A stretch of 64,000 bases of DNA, taken from Thiofilum sp. GTDB taxonomy: Bacteria; Pseudomonadota; Gammaproteobacteria; Thiotrichales; Thiotrichaceae. Below, piece after piece: positions 49,692 through 60,305 of the stretch (within the stretch, counting starts at the first letter, position 1; each line of letters starts with the position of its first letter). The stretch is taken from positions 2,321,401 to 2,385,400 of the forward strand of contig NZ_JADJTF010000001.1 of NCBI RefSeq assembly GCF_016711335.1, read 5' to 3'. Below the pieces are notes generated by a model. That model was not told the DNA's origin. It was given only the letters and a program-made list of their open reading frames with translations, and ran no database searches. The position numbers were made by a program, and so were the translations under genes.

Positions 49692-50587
49692 AGACTTTGC
49701 TCCACTAAACCTATCAAATATTGTCCATAGCTATTTTTGGATAAATTATTTGCAGCCTGCATTACTTGCTCTTGTGTAAGCCAGCCATTTCGCCACGCTA
49801 TTTCTTCTAAGCAGGCTACCTTATAACCCTGACGTTTTTCAATGGTTTCTACAAACATCGCTGCTTCTAACAGACTTTCATAAGTACCTGTATCTAGCCA
49901 AGCAAAACCACGACCTAAAAGTTCAATATTTAAACTACCACGTTCAAGATATAATTGATTTAATGTGGTTATTTCTAACTCCCCTCGATGTGAAGGTTTT
50001 ATCTGTTTAGCAAGTTCAACTACATCACTATCGTAAAAGTATAAACCAGTAACCGCATAGCTGGATTTAGGTTTCGTGGGTTTTTCTTCTATGCTGATAA
50101 CTTTCTTGTTTTTATCAAATTCTACAACACCAAAACGTTCTGGGTCTTTAACTTGATAGCCAAATACAGTGGCACCCATTTTACGGTTGGATGCGCGTTG
50201 CAGAATAGGCGTGAAACCTTGTCCCCAAAAAATATTGTCACCTAAAATTAAGCACACATTATCTCTTCCAATAAAGCTTTCTCCGATGATGAAGGCTTGT
50301 GCTAATCCATCTGGACTAGGTTGAATGGCATAGCTAAGTTGAATTCCGAAATTATTGCCGTCACCTAATAGTTTTGTAAAATTAGGTAAATCTTCCGGGG
50401 TGGAAATGATTAATATTTCACGAATGCCTGCTAACATTAACACAGATAGCGGATAGTAGATCATGGGTTTATCGTAAATAGGCAGTAACTGCTTAGATAC
50501 GCCCTTGGTAATTGGGTACAAGCGAGTACCAGTACCACCAGCTAAAATAATACCTTTCATTTTGTTGCTACTCTTGATTGGTTTCAC
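49688..50587 (-). CDS. rmlA: Glucose-1-phosphate thymidylyltransferase RmlA
   Basis: [18 protein letters not shown] ... LGDNIF ... EKP motifs. Confidence 0.85.
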   Translation of the reverse strand: MKPIKSSNKMKGIILAGGTGTRLYPITKGVSKQLLPIYDKPMIYYPLSVLMLAGIREILIISTPEDLPNFTKLLGDGNNFGIQLSYAIQPSPDGLAQAFIIGESFIGRDNVCLILGDNIFWGQGFTPILQRASNRKMGATVFGYQVKDPERFGVVEFDKNKKVISIEEKPTKPKSSYAVTGLYFYDSDVVELAKQIKPSHRGELEITTLNQLYLERGSLNIELLGRGFAWLDTGTYESLLEAAMFVETIEKRQGYKVACLEEIAWRNGWLTQEQVMQAANNLSKNSYGQYLIGLVEQSL

Positions 50588-51647
50588 CGAGCCGAGTCAA
50601 CTGGTAATCACCATTCAAGACTCTTTGCCACCATATGGTATTATCTAAATACCACTGTACTGTTTTCTTCATACCACTTTCAAAACTTTCTTTTGGTTTC
50701 CAGTGTAGTTCACGTTCGATTTTACTAGCATCAATGGCATAGCGGCGATCATGGCCAGGGCGGTCTTTTACGAAAGTAATCAGGTCTTCGTAGCGTGCTT
50801 CTTGTGGGCGCAGCTCTTGCAGAATAGTGCATAGTGTTTTCACCACTTGAATATTCTGTTTTTCATTATGACCGCCGATATTGTAAGTTTCGCCAATCCG
50901 TCCCTTGGTTACAACCTGATAAAGAGCATGGGCATGATCTTCTACATACAGCCAGTCACGAATTTGGTCACCTGTACCGTATATGGGGAGAGGTTTGCCA
51001 TGCAGAGCATTCAGGATAATATGTGGTATTAACTTTTCGGGGAAATGATAAGGTCCGTAGTTGTTGGAACAGTTGGTAATAATCGTCGGCAACCCATAGG
51101 TTTTACGCCACGCACGAACGAGGTGGTCGGAGCTGGCCTTACTGGCTGAGTAAGGACTGCTGGGTTCATAAGCCGTACTTTCGGTAAACAGGTGTTTTAG
51201 TGCTTGTCCGTTTTCATTAGGATGAGGTAAATCACCATAGACTTCATCAGTGGATATATGGTGAAAGCGAAAGGTCTGTTTACGCATTTCGTCCAAACCT
51301 TGCCAATAAGCACGAGCCACTTCTAGCAGTTTATAAGTACCAATGATGTTAGTTTCAATAAAGGCAGAAGGACCATCAATGGAACGATCTACATGACTTT
51401 CTGCCGCTAAATGCATAATGGAATCAGGCTGATGTTGGCGAAAGACGCGCTCTAATTCAGTGCGATTACAAATATCCACTTGTTCAAAAAAATAGCGATT
51501 TGAATCACTAACCTTTATGAGGTTTTCAAGATTACCTGCGTAGGTTAACTTGTCCAGATTGATAACACTATCATCAGTATTTTGAATAATGTAGCGAATA
51601 ACTGCTGAGCCAATAAAGCCCGCACCACCAGTAATTAATATTTTCAT
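50568..51647 (-). CDS. rmlB: dTDP-glucose 4,6-dehydratase RmlB
   Basis: [14 protein letters not shown] ... [12 protein letters not shown] (YxxxK) ... [18 protein letters not shown]. Confidence 0.85.
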   Translation of the reverse strand: MKILITGGAGFIGSAVIRYIIQNTDDSVINLDKLTYAGNLENLIKVSDSNRYFFEQVDICNRTELERVFRQHQPDSIMHLAAESHVDRSIDGPSAFIETNIIGTYKLLEVARAYWQGLDEMRKQTFRFHHISTDEVYGDLPHPNENGQALKHLFTESTAYEPSSPYSASKASSDHLVRAWRKTYGLPTIITNCSNNYGPYHFPEKLIPHIILNALHGKPLPIYGTGDQIRDWLYVEDHAHALYQVVTKGRIGETYNIGGHNEKQNIQVVKTLCTILQELRPQEARYEDLITFVKDRPGHDRRYAIDASKIERELHWKPKESFESGMKKTVQWYLDNTIWWQRVLNGDYQLTRLGETNQE

Positions 51648-52447
51648 AAAAATCTTTTAATGAACTTAAAATCGGAAATTTTTGAAATGATGTGATCGTA
51701 AAAATAATGAAGCAAAATAGCTCTTAACCATACATTAGGGCTGACCAGATGGTAATTTTTTGCAAGAATAAAAGCTTTCTGTTGAAAAATTTTTCTTCTT
51801 CCAGCAGTTATCATCGTATTTTGATTATGAGTCCTGTACATTAAAAGAGGCTCTGCAACATGTGTAAATTCAGTTTCGGCAGCGGCACGTATAACAAAAT
51901 CCCAATCCTCCTCACGTAGATTCTCATCAAAACCACCTATTTCATCATAAAGTTTTCTTGAGAAAAGCATACTGCCAGCAGGGACATGTTGCCTGATGAA
52001 AACAGAATTTAAAATTTTTCCCGACAATGGCTTGGCAGGAAAAAGACGAATAATTTTCCCTGAGTCAGAAACGAATTCCTGGGCCTGAGAAAAGCAAAAA
52101 TGAGAGTTTCTATTATTTTTTAGCACTTCAATCTGTTTTTCAATTTTAGTTGGTTGCCAATAATCATCTGATGCCAGTAATGCCACATAGTCACCTTTTG
52201 ATAGTTCACGTATACCACGATTTAGTGTTTTGCATACGCCAATGTTACTTTGTGAAATAAAGTGAAAAGATTTTTTTTCGGCTAATTCAGTCAATAATTC
52301 AATAGAGCCATCTCTTGAACCATCATCAATAACTATTAGTTCAATATTTTGATAGGTTTGACTAATTACGCTGTCAATGGCATTAATAATGTATTTCTCA
52401 TGGTTATAAGACGGTATAATGACACTGACTAAAGGATTCTTATTCAT
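51644..52447 (-). CDS. Family 2 glycosyltransferase
   Basis: [14 protein letters not shown] ... IDDGSRD ... LASDDYWQP (DxD) motifs. Confidence 0.75.
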   Translation of the reverse strand: MNKNPLVSVIIPSYNHEKYIINAIDSVISQTYQNIELIVIDDGSRDGSIELLTELAEKKSFHFISQSNIGVCKTLNRGIRELSKGDYVALLASDDYWQPTKIEKQIEVLKNNRNSHFCFSQAQEFVSDSGKIIRLFPAKPLSGKILNSVFIRQHVPAGSMLFSRKLYDEIGGFDENLREEDWDFVIRAAAETEFTHVAEPLLMYRTHNQNTMITAGRRKIFQQKAFILAKNYHLVSPNVWLRAILLHYFYDHIISKISDFKFIKRFL

Positions 52448-52449
52448 TT

Positions 52450-53568
52450 TTATTCTGCTAAGATAGATTGGTAAAATTTCAGTAGTTTATTGCTTTCTGA
52501 AGACCAATTGTATTTTTCAATAACAGCCTGTCGAGCATTTTTCCCCATTTCTAGCATAAGATTAGGATTAGATAGCAGTTGTTCGAGTGCTTGGCTAATA
52601 TCCTTAGCTGATTCAGGATTGACACAAATTCCACAATTGTTGTCTTCTATTATTTCCTTCCATAGTGGAAAGTTGGATGCAACAATTGGAAGACCAGCAC
52701 TCATGTATTCAAACATTTTATTGGGTTGCGATTCGATGTGATTTGGTGCAGGGAGAAAAGTAACAGCAGCTACTCTCGATTGAGACAGTAGTTTTGCTAT
52801 CGTTTCACGATTTACTTGACCAAAATAATCTACACAAGACCAACCCATACTTGTTTTTAGCTTTTCTTCGATAGCTTTATTTGCAAAAGTACCTGCTATA
52901 GCCATAGATTTTTGAGAGCCTAATGCACAAGCATCCACAAGAAAAGAAACCCCTCTTATTTCAGATATTGCTCCAATGTAAATAATATCGTATTGCTTGC
53001 TGTGCTGTTCTATTGAATTAAAGTTTAGTTCGTCCACAAAAGGATAGTTATTTATGTCGATAGACTTTGCACCTGCATTACAGAAATGATGATTAATAGA
53101 TGGTGTGGCAGCAATAATTCCATCAAGCTTTCGTATTGATTTTTTTTCATAATATTTGTATGCAGCAGCGATTAATGCTCTAAAATATTTTGGTATATAT
53201 GGCTTTTCACTAATATCGTCGGCATAGTTTTCATGTGAATCAAAAATAACTTTAGAGCCGGGAAATTTACTTTTTATTTTTAGACCAATGTGAATCAATT
53301 CTGGATCATGAAAATGATAAATATCAGCACGCAAATTTGATGCCATGCGATAGACTTTTTTTGTAGAAAAAAACATGCGAGCCAAGCGATTTCCTGCAGG
53401 TTTTCCAGCATCAATAATATTTACACCTTGCTTGACCTCGTTACCTAAACCATCTGCTACAACAAAAGTAACATCGTAGCCATGTTGAGCAAGTGTGACA
53501 CACTCTTTCAAAAATATTCTTATGTCATATCTTTGGTGAACGGATGAAAAGTGAACTATTTTTTTCAA
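52450..53568 (-). CDS. Family 4 (GT-B) glycosyltransferase
   Basis: C-terminal EYMSAGLPIVASN plus E-x7-E-like motif. Confidence 0.75.
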   Translation of the reverse strand: MKKIVHFSSVHQRYDIRIFLKECVTLAQHGYDVTFVVADGLGNEVKQGVNIIDAGKPAGNRLARMFFSTKKVYRMASNLRADIYHFHDPELIHIGLKIKSKFPGSKVIFDSHENYADDISEKPYIPKYFRALIAAAYKYYEKKSIRKLDGIIAATPSINHHFCNAGAKSIDINNYPFVDELNFNSIEQHSKQYDIIYIGAISEIRGVSFLVDACALGSQKSMAIAGTFANKAIEEKLKTSMGWSCVDYFGQVNRETIAKLLSQSRVAAVTFLPAPNHIESQPNKMFEYMSAGLPIVASNFPLWKEIIEDNNCGICVNPESAKDISQALEQLLSNPNLMLEMGKNARQAVIEKYNWSSESNKLLKFYQSILAE

Positions 53569-54638
53569 GACGAAATCCTTTCACGCAAATGTTGCACAAT
53601 TCTTAATGAAGCTTGACCTCCACCATATAATTGATGGGGATCCTGCACTTTTCTACCGATGTTACGTATCACTGCATCAGCGATTTTTAGGTTATCCGCG
53701 CCAACTAACTCGTTGACACCCATTTCAATGAGTTCTACCCATTCAGTTTGATCACGCATAGTGATGCAGGCTTTGCCAAAAAAGAATGCTTCCTTTTGTA
53801 CTCCACCACTATCAGTGAGTACTAATTGACACTTATCCAATAGCCAGACCATTTCAAAATATCCTACTGGATCGACCAAGCGAACATTCAGTTTTAGCCC
53901 TTGCTGTGTAATGAGTTTTCGTGTGCGGGGATGCAAGGGTAAGATAACGGGTACTTGTTCTCGATGAATCTGATTAAGAGCTAGTACAATATTAGCTAAA
54001 CGTTCTGGATTATCAGTATTTTCAGCTCGATGAAGAGTGGCTAGAACGAATTGTTCTGGTAGAGAAATATTAGGTGGCGCAATAGCATTCTTGGAGAATA
54101 GCAGAGCAGCATCTTGCATAACATCGCCAACTTTTAACACTTCCACATTTTTTGTAGCAAAGCCTTCATTATTCAAGTTTTTAACAGCAGTATCAGTGGG
54201 GCAAAACAGCAAATCACTAATTTGATCCGTCAATATTCTGTTGATCTCTTCAGGCATTTGCATATTGAAGCTCCGCAACCCTGCTTCTACATGAGCCACC
54301 GGAATATGCAGTTTGGCGGCAGCTAATGCACCTGCTAACGTGGAATTAGTGTCGCCATACACCAGTACGCGATCAGGTTTGTGGGATAATAATGCCTGTT
54401 CGATTTCGGCAAGCATACGACCAGTCATTTCCCCATGACTACTACTGTTGATATTTAGTTTAATGTCTGGTTTCGGAATGCCAAGCTGATTGAAGAAAAT
54501 ATCTGACATATTAGCATCGAAGTGTTGACCGGTATGTAGCATAATTTCTTTGATGCCACTGGTTTTTCGAATAGCATGAGAAATCACACTGGCTTTGATA
54601 AATTGAGGGCGTGCCCCAATAATGGTGATTATTTTCAT
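53565..54638 (-). CDS. wecB: UDP-N-acetylglucosamine 2-epimerase (non-hydrolysing) WecB
   Basis: MKIITIIGARPQFIK ... HVEAGLRS ... TDSGGVQKEA. Confidence 0.8.
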   Translation of the reverse strand: MKIITIIGARPQFIKASVISHAIRKTSGIKEIMLHTGQHFDANMSDIFFNQLGIPKPDIKLNINSSSHGEMTGRMLAEIEQALLSHKPDRVLVYGDTNSTLAGALAAAKLHIPVAHVEAGLRSFNMQMPEEINRILTDQISDLLFCPTDTAVKNLNNEGFATKNVEVLKVGDVMQDAALLFSKNAIAPPNISLPEQFVLATLHRAENTDNPERLANIVLALNQIHREQVPVILPLHPRTRKLITQQGLKLNVRLVDPVGYFEMVWLLDKCQLVLTDSGGVQKEAFFFGKACITMRDQTEWVELIEMGVNELVGADNLKIADAVIRNIGRKVQDPHQLYGGGQASLRIVQHLRERISS

Positions 54639-54693
54639 AAATAATACTCTTGAATTCAATTATCAATTTCATTCTATCGAAAAGTTGTATGCA

Positions 54694-55974
54694 TTAACGG
54701 AAAAATGAATGCAGATGAGAGGTAGATTTTTTGAGGTTAGTATATTTTATTAGCACATTTCGATTTTGTTTTTCATGTAATACACAAGTGATATTAAGTA
54801 GGACAATGATTGACATCAATTGATACCCTGAAAAAATATTATTTGTCGTCATGGTTACACAAGAAAAAATAATAAAAATGAACAGTGTTATGCCCCACTG
54901 GGATGAAATATTACGCATTGCAAGGCGTAAAAGATAAATTATATAAAATCCAAATAGAAAAATACCTAAAATTCCATACCTTTGAATTATCAAAGCGTAT
55001 TCAGAGTCTATAACAGTTGAAAATTCAGACTTGGCTGGTCCCATACCAAATAATGGTGATTCATAAAAACGTTCTATGGCTAAGGAGAAATTATCTAATC
55101 TAATGTTCAAACTTTCATTTTCCCCCTCAGATGTTAGTTGAGCACCCAAATAAATATACTGTAGCTCCAATGAAAATACTAAGAAAATGATTGAGGTAAT
55201 GAGTAATGTAAGTAAAATAATTTTAATTATGAAATTTAATTTATAGAAGAATAAAAAATAGAAACTGAATGTTGATAGAAATGCACCCAAAATGGTTCTA
55301 CTTTGAGTTGACAATATCAAAAAGGAAAATAGCAATGCAAAAATTAAGTATTTATATGTTTTTTCTTTTAAAAATAATGTGGTAAAGTAAATACTAAAAA
55401 AGCTAGCAATGACTGCGCCGATATTAGGATCAGAGCCAGTAATGGTTATTCGATATCCAGCAAGAGCAGATGCCAAATGTGAACTATCCGCACCTAAGTA
55501 TTTCTTCAGGAGCCATTCCGCAAGGAAAGGTATATTTAGAACTTGAATGTAGCCGATCAATAAAACAAGTATGGCAGACCAAAATAGTAATTTATGGAGA
55601 TGTGATAAGCTCGCTATTCCAATAAAAGTTATAGCCATCATGTAAGGTACAAACTGTAAGTATTTTATTGACTCAATAATATCCCCAGAAACAGGCGATG
55701 AATAACCAGCCGCCCAAGAAAATAAAGCAGAAATCATAACCATTAACCCTAATGCTAATGGCATAAGTGATGCAGTATTAAAAAAAGATTTCTTTGATAA
55801 ATGTAATAAAATTATTAAGAAAACTATGGGGCTTATGAGTGTGACGAGATAAATATGTATATCACCAAAGGCTATGGAGGGTAATGTAATTGAGGATAGT
55901 AGCCCTAAAAATAGTAAATTAACCATTAATTTATTTGGCCGAGTTGTTTTCTTGATATTTTTATCGTACTGCAT
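54694..55974 (-). CDS. O-antigen polymerase (Wzy-like) multi-TM protein
   Basis: 426-aa, very AT-rich, 10-12 TM helices with a large periplasmic loop. Located between wecB and wzx. Confidence 0.5.
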   Translation of the reverse strand: MQYDKNIKKTTRPNKLMVNLLFLGLLSSITLPSIAFGDIHIYLVTLISPIVFLIILLHLSKKSFFNTASLMPLALGLMVMISALFSWAAGYSSPVSGDIIESIKYLQFVPYMMAITFIGIASLSHLHKLLFWSAILVLLIGYIQVLNIPFLAEWLLKKYLGADSSHLASALAGYRITITGSDPNIGAVIASFFSIYFTTLFLKEKTYKYLIFALLFSFLILSTQSRTILGAFLSTFSFYFLFFYKLNFIIKIILLTLLITSIIFLVFSLELQYIYLGAQLTSEGENESLNIRLDNFSLAIERFYESPLFGMGPAKSEFSTVIDSEYALIIQRYGILGIFLFGFYIIYLLRLAMRNISSQWGITLFIFIIFSCVTMTTNNIFSGYQLMSIIVLLNITCVLHEKQNRNVLIKYTNLKKSTSHLHSFFR

Positions 55975-56068
55975 TTTAATTTAAGTGGACTTTATGGGGA
56001 TTTAAATAAATTAACTTTTGATTTTTTAATTTTACAAAAAAGTGTTTCTGTATTACTTGAGTGTGATT

Positions 56069-57469
56069 TTACGTAAATGTAAAATTTATTGCTTGTCGTG
56101 CAATGTCACGAAAAATGAACAAAGCAAATACTAATAAAACACCCCATAACACCATAAGCATTACAACATGGCTTTCACCCAATAAGCTAGCAGCAATAGC
56201 TAACATCACGCACATAAGAGAGAAAAAATAGAGTGCTAATCTGGGTATTGGTTGCCACACCAATATGGCAAATTCAGTGCGGCATACAAAGAATATCCAG
56301 AAAGAAGCACAAGTACTCGCTGCTGCACCCGCTGCACCGTAATGGGGAATCAACAGGTAATTTCCTATAAGATTTGAAATTAAAGCGATTACTGAAGCAG
56401 CTAGCGCAAAAAGCGTTTTCTTAGTGATACCAATACCTACAACCGTAGTTTCAGACAGGGTATAAAGCAATGGAAATCCAAGACAAGCGGCAATAATGTA
56501 CTGTATGTTATGATAAGCATCTGGCAAGATAAGGTTTATCACCCATGAAAATAGCCCAACAAAGCAAAAGATCAATATTACAATAAATAACACATAATTC
56601 GTAACTTGCTGCACTTTATCCAAATTTTTTCCTGAACTTACCCACTTATAAACAGTGGGAGCCCATACTGTCGTGAAAATACTTTGAAAAATAGTCGCTA
56701 CTGCGGCAAAACTTACGGCGACTGAATAAATACCTAGTTCTTCATAGCTAGATAAAGCACGTAAGAAAACTTTATCTACTGAGATTAACCCCCAATAAGC
56801 TAATCCTCCAAAAATAAGTGGGATGGAATAGCGTAACATGCTAAGAATTTTTTCGTTATCAAATTTTTTCGGAATAGCTGCTAAAATTTCTTTGCGTGTA
56901 TTCCATCCATAAATTATGCAGACTAATAAAATAGATAGAGTGTGTGCTGCGATAATTTGCAGGGTTGTGAAGTTAGAGTCTAGTAATACATATGAACTAA
57001 TTAGGAAAAGAAAAAACACTTTTGGTAGAACTTGGCTCATTGAAAAAGCCAGCCCTCTTTCTTGCATTCGTAATATCAGGGATAAAAAGCGAGAAATAAA
57101 TGAGGCTAGCAGGCAGAGCAAGATTAAGATGCCTAAATGCTTATCATCCAAATTAAATAGCCATATCGATATTTTTTCTGGTTGAAATGAAAAGATCACA
57201 AGTGTAAATGAAAGTAGTAAAAAGCCAACTCCTATAGTGTTTTTTAGTAGCAAGGGTGTATTGTTGGATTCATGAAACTCGCGAACGTAGGCTTGATCTA
57301 GTCCTAAGCTGAAAATTAATAGTACAAAACTAATGGTTACTTGCAGCATAGACAAGCGACCAATGTCATCTGGCGAAAAAAACCATGTAATAACAGGTAA
57401 GGTAATTAGACCTATTGCTGCTGAACCAATAGGTCCAATAGAAAAATGTAAAATCTTTTTAGTGTTCAA
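56069..57469 (-). CDS. wzx: Wzx-type O-unit flippase (MOP/oligosaccharide flippase family)
   Basis: 466-aa ORF with 12-14 TM helices and polysaccharide-biosynthesis-protein topology. Confidence 0.7.
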   Translation of the reverse strand: MNTKKILHFSIGPIGSAAIGLITLPVITWFFSPDDIGRLSMLQVTISFVLLIFSLGLDQAYVREFHESNNTPLLLKNTIGVGFLLLSFTLVIFSFQPEKISIWLFNLDDKHLGILILLCLLASFISRFLSLILRMQERGLAFSMSQVLPKVFFLFLISSYVLLDSNFTTLQIIAAHTLSILLVCIIYGWNTRKEILAAIPKKFDNEKILSMLRYSIPLIFGGLAYWGLISVDKVFLRALSSYEELGIYSVAVSFAAVATIFQSIFTTVWAPTVYKWVSSGKNLDKVQQVTNYVLFIVILIFCFVGLFSWVINLILPDAYHNIQYIIAACLGFPLLYTLSETTVVGIGITKKTLFALAASVIALISNLIGNYLLIPHYGAAGAAASTCASFWIFFVCRTEFAILVWQPIPRLALYFFSLMCVMLAIAASLLGESHVVMLMVLWGVLLVFALFIFRDIARQAINFTFT

Positions 57470-57512
57470 CTAAAGACCTTGAGTAAGTATTTTTTACGCT
57501 TTTGATTGGGCT

Positions 57513-58643
57513 TCATGCGAAAAACTCGCTAACCGCTTGAGTAACAGCTTGTTGAGTTTTACGTTCCATTCCAAACCAAATAGGTAGTCTGACTAAGCGT
57601 TCGCTGTCTTGCGTTGTATAGCGGTCAGTACCATGAAACCGCCCAAACTGCTTACCCGCTGGTGCACTGTGCAATGGAATATAATGGAATACAGAAAGAA
57701 TATTGTTTTTACTCATATGTGCTAAGAATGCTGAGCGTTGCTCTATATCTCTGCATTTGAGGTAAAACATATGCCCGTTTTGCTGGCATTCGGCTGGAGT
57801 AATGGGGAGTGAAAGTATCCCGTGCTGTTGCAAATCATTGAAAGCAGTATAGTAGTGATCCCACGTAGTTAAGCGATTGTTATTGATAACTTCTGCACGT
57901 TCAAGTTGTCCCCAAAGGTAAGCTGCTTGGATTTCTGAGGGTAGGTAACTACTGCCAATATCAACCCAAGTATACTTATCTACCATGCCACGAAAGAAGA
58001 GACTACGGTTTGTGCCTTTTTCGCGTATGATTTCAGCACGCTCTATAAACCGCTCATCATTGATTAATAGTAAGCCACCTTCACCGCCGCTGGTATAGTT
58101 CTTGGTTTCATGGAAACTGTATGTGCCGATATGTCCAATTGTGCCTAAAGGTTTGCCTTTATAGGTTGCCATCATGCCTTGAGCAGCATCTTCAACAACA
58201 AACAAATTATGACGCTGGGCAATGTCCATGATGGTGTCCATTTCACACCCAACGCCTGCATAGTGTACGGGGACAATGGCTTTTGTTTTGGGAGTAATTG
58301 CCGTTTCAATAAGGGTCTCGTCAATATTCATGGTATCAGGGCGAATATCCACGAAAACGATCTTCGCCCCTCTTAGCACAAAAGCATTGGCAGTACTTAC
58401 AAAAGTATAGCTAGGCATGATGACTTCATCGCCGGGTTCAATACCGATGAGGATAGCCGCCATTTCCAGCGCATGTGTGCAGGAGGTCGTAAGCAAAGCT
58501 TTTTTGCAGCCCGTTGTCTCCTCAAACCAGCGATGGCAACGTTTGGTGAATTCGCCGTCACCTGAGATTTTCGAGCTTTTCATTGCTTCCAGAACATATT
58601 GCTCTTCATTTCCTGTCAGAGGTGGTTTGTTAAATGGAATCAT
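57513..58643 (-). CDS. dTDP-4-amino-4,6-dideoxyhexose aminotransferase (WecE/VioA-like, DegT family)
   Basis: SYTFVSTANAFVLRGAKIVFVDI ... YSFHETKNYTSGGEGG, related to the WecE family. Confidence 0.75.
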   Translation of the reverse strand: MIPFNKPPLTGNEEQYVLEAMKSSKISGDGEFTKRCHRWFEETTGCKKALLTTSCTHALEMAAILIGIEPGDEVIMPSYTFVSTANAFVLRGAKIVFVDIRPDTMNIDETLIETAITPKTKAIVPVHYAGVGCEMDTIMDIAQRHNLFVVEDAAQGMMATYKGKPLGTIGHIGTYSFHETKNYTSGGEGGLLLINDERFIERAEIIREKGTNRSLFFRGMVDKYTWVDIGSSYLPSEIQAAYLWGQLERAEVINNNRLTTWDHYYTAFNDLQQHGILSLPITPAECQQNGHMFYLKCRDIEQRSAFLAHMSKNNILSVFHYIPLHSAPAGKQFGRFHGTDRYTTQDSERLVRLPIWFGMERKTQQAVTQAVSEFFA

Positions 58644-59203
58644 TTTTGATACTCCTCAAGAAATTGTTTTTCCAGAACTAATAGTTCTTTACTGCGATCT
58701 TTAATTTTTTTAGCGGGATTGCCAACATAGATGCTCCATGCTTCAGTTGACTGACGCACTAACGACATTGCGCCCACTGATGTTCCTTCGGCTAAGGTAA
58801 CGCCGGGCATTATCATTGAGCCAGCTCCAACAATAGAGTGTTCGGCAATGTTAACTGTTGATATAAACTCATTTTTATATTTTTTAGATATATTAGAGTT
58901 TGTCATGGTCATTCCACTGTAATCGTCCGACTGTGTGAATATTTTTACGCCGTATGCAAAAGTACAAAAATCACCCACTTTCATGCCTAGTTGACCGCCT
59001 GCAAATAAACACATTGGTGTTATGTGTACAAATCTTCCGATTTTGATTTTTCCAGAAATTACACAAAAATCATCTATTCTTGAGTTGTCACCAATTTCTA
59101 TTTGATTATGATTATAGATGCTGGCTTTTTTGCTGATTTTTACGTTTTTACCGATTTTCTTAAAGCCAAGTTCTAATAGTTCTTGTTCAGTGTAATAAGC
59201 CAT
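58640..59203 (-). CDS. Hexapeptide-repeat sugar N-acetyltransferase (VioB/WeeI-like)
   Basis: LbH repeats IGDNSRIDDFCVISGKIKIGRFVHI... Overlaps the stop/start of flanking genes (operon). Confidence 0.65.
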   Translation of the reverse strand: MAYYTEQELLELGFKKIGKNVKISKKASIYNHNQIEIGDNSRIDDFCVISGKIKIGRFVHITPMCLFAGGQLGMKVGDFCTFAYGVKIFTQSDDYSGMTMTNSNISKKYKNEFISTVNIAEHSIVGAGSMIMPGVTLAEGTSVGAMSLVRQSTEAWSIYVGNPAKKIKDRSKELLVLEKQFLEEYQK

Positions 59204-59207
59204 GGCT

Positions 59208-60266
59208 TTAATCCTCGAAAATTTTTTGTAACTGTGATTTGAGCGTTTCTTTGTTAAAATAATTTTTTATAATTTCAGAGTTCTTCAGAGATTGCTCTGA
59301 ACTCAGGCTAGTCAGATTTTCTTCTGAACCAATGTTGTCAAAATTAAAAATTTTAAGGTTCATTTCTGAAAGGGTTTGCCAAGGTGTTATATCATTGCGC
59401 ATATAGACCTTCTTACCTAAGCCCAACAGCGAGATGGTGTTACCCATTGCTTGCTGGCGTTTGTGTGCGAAAATCGCGATGTCTATATTGGCAAGAAGCT
59501 CTAAATATTTATCGAATGGCATAAATTCTGTGAGGGGAATGAATTTTTCACCAAAAATTGCTTTACCTTTTTCGATAATCTGTTTGGCATGGTTTTGATC
59601 ACCGTAAGAGAGTGGGCAGTATATTTTTATATCTTCGTTCTTGTAAGGAACTAACTTTTCAAGAATTTCTTCATGGTTGTTGCTGGGATCGGCGGAGTTT
59701 CCTATCAATATATTGGTACTTTGATCATGTCTTGGGGGCAGATCGTAATCAGTAAAAGTATTGCTAAGATACATGATGCACTCATGATATTTACCTTTTG
59801 TACCGTACCATTGTTGTGCTAGGTGATAATCGCCTTCAATGTAAGTTACAAAATTACCTATACGTTTTATGATAAAACTGCGAAGTAGCTCTTTTAGTTT
59901 ATAGTTTCTGTCATTATTGCCTAATTGATGGTAGTAAAGATCACCACCCCACATAACCCAGTAGCATTTTTTTAGAATCCAAGGTGTAAAAAACAATAAG
60001 ATAACTAACTTTATATCAAATAAACCATGCAGAATAACTTTATCAGCTTGATGTATTTTCAGTAGAGCTTGGAGATAATATGAAAGCCCATGTCTAACTG
60101 TTTTCTTCGCAATATATATATTTTTATCTTTTTTTATAAGCTCTTCTTCCATGCCGCTAGTGAGTAGAAAGAAATGCTTATAATAATCAAAATTTTCTTT
60201 GATTAGATTAATGAATTTCGGAGAAAAAGTGTTGCAAGGTAGAATGTGAAGGATTTTTTTTGGCAT
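59208..60266 (-). CDS. GT56 4-alpha-L-fucosyltransferase-like (WecF family, dTDP-Fuc4NAc:lipid transferase)
   Basis: VMWGGDLYY, ILIGNSADPSNNHEEILEKL, PLSYGD; the equivalent E. coli WecF segments are HIWGADLY, ILVGNSGDRSNEHIAAL and PMGY (from memory). Confidence 0.6.
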   Translation of the reverse strand: MPKKILHILPCNTFSPKFINLIKENFDYYKHFFLLTSGMEEELIKKDKNIYIAKKTVRHGLSYYLQALLKIHQADKVILHGLFDIKLVILLFFTPWILKKCYWVMWGGDLYYHQLGNNDRNYKLKELLRSFIIKRIGNFVTYIEGDYHLAQQWYGTKGKYHECIMYLSNTFTDYDLPPRHDQSTNILIGNSADPSNNHEEILEKLVPYKNEDIKIYCPLSYGDQNHAKQIIEKGKAIFGEKFIPLTEFMPFDKYLELLANIDIAIFAHKRQQAMGNTISLLGLGKKVYMRNDITPWQTLSEMNLKIFNFDNIGSEENLTSLSSEQSLKNSEIIKNYFNKETLKSQLQKIFED

Positions 60267-60305
60267 TTGGCGACTAGTTAATTTTAGGTTTGAGGTTGGC
60301 TTTAT

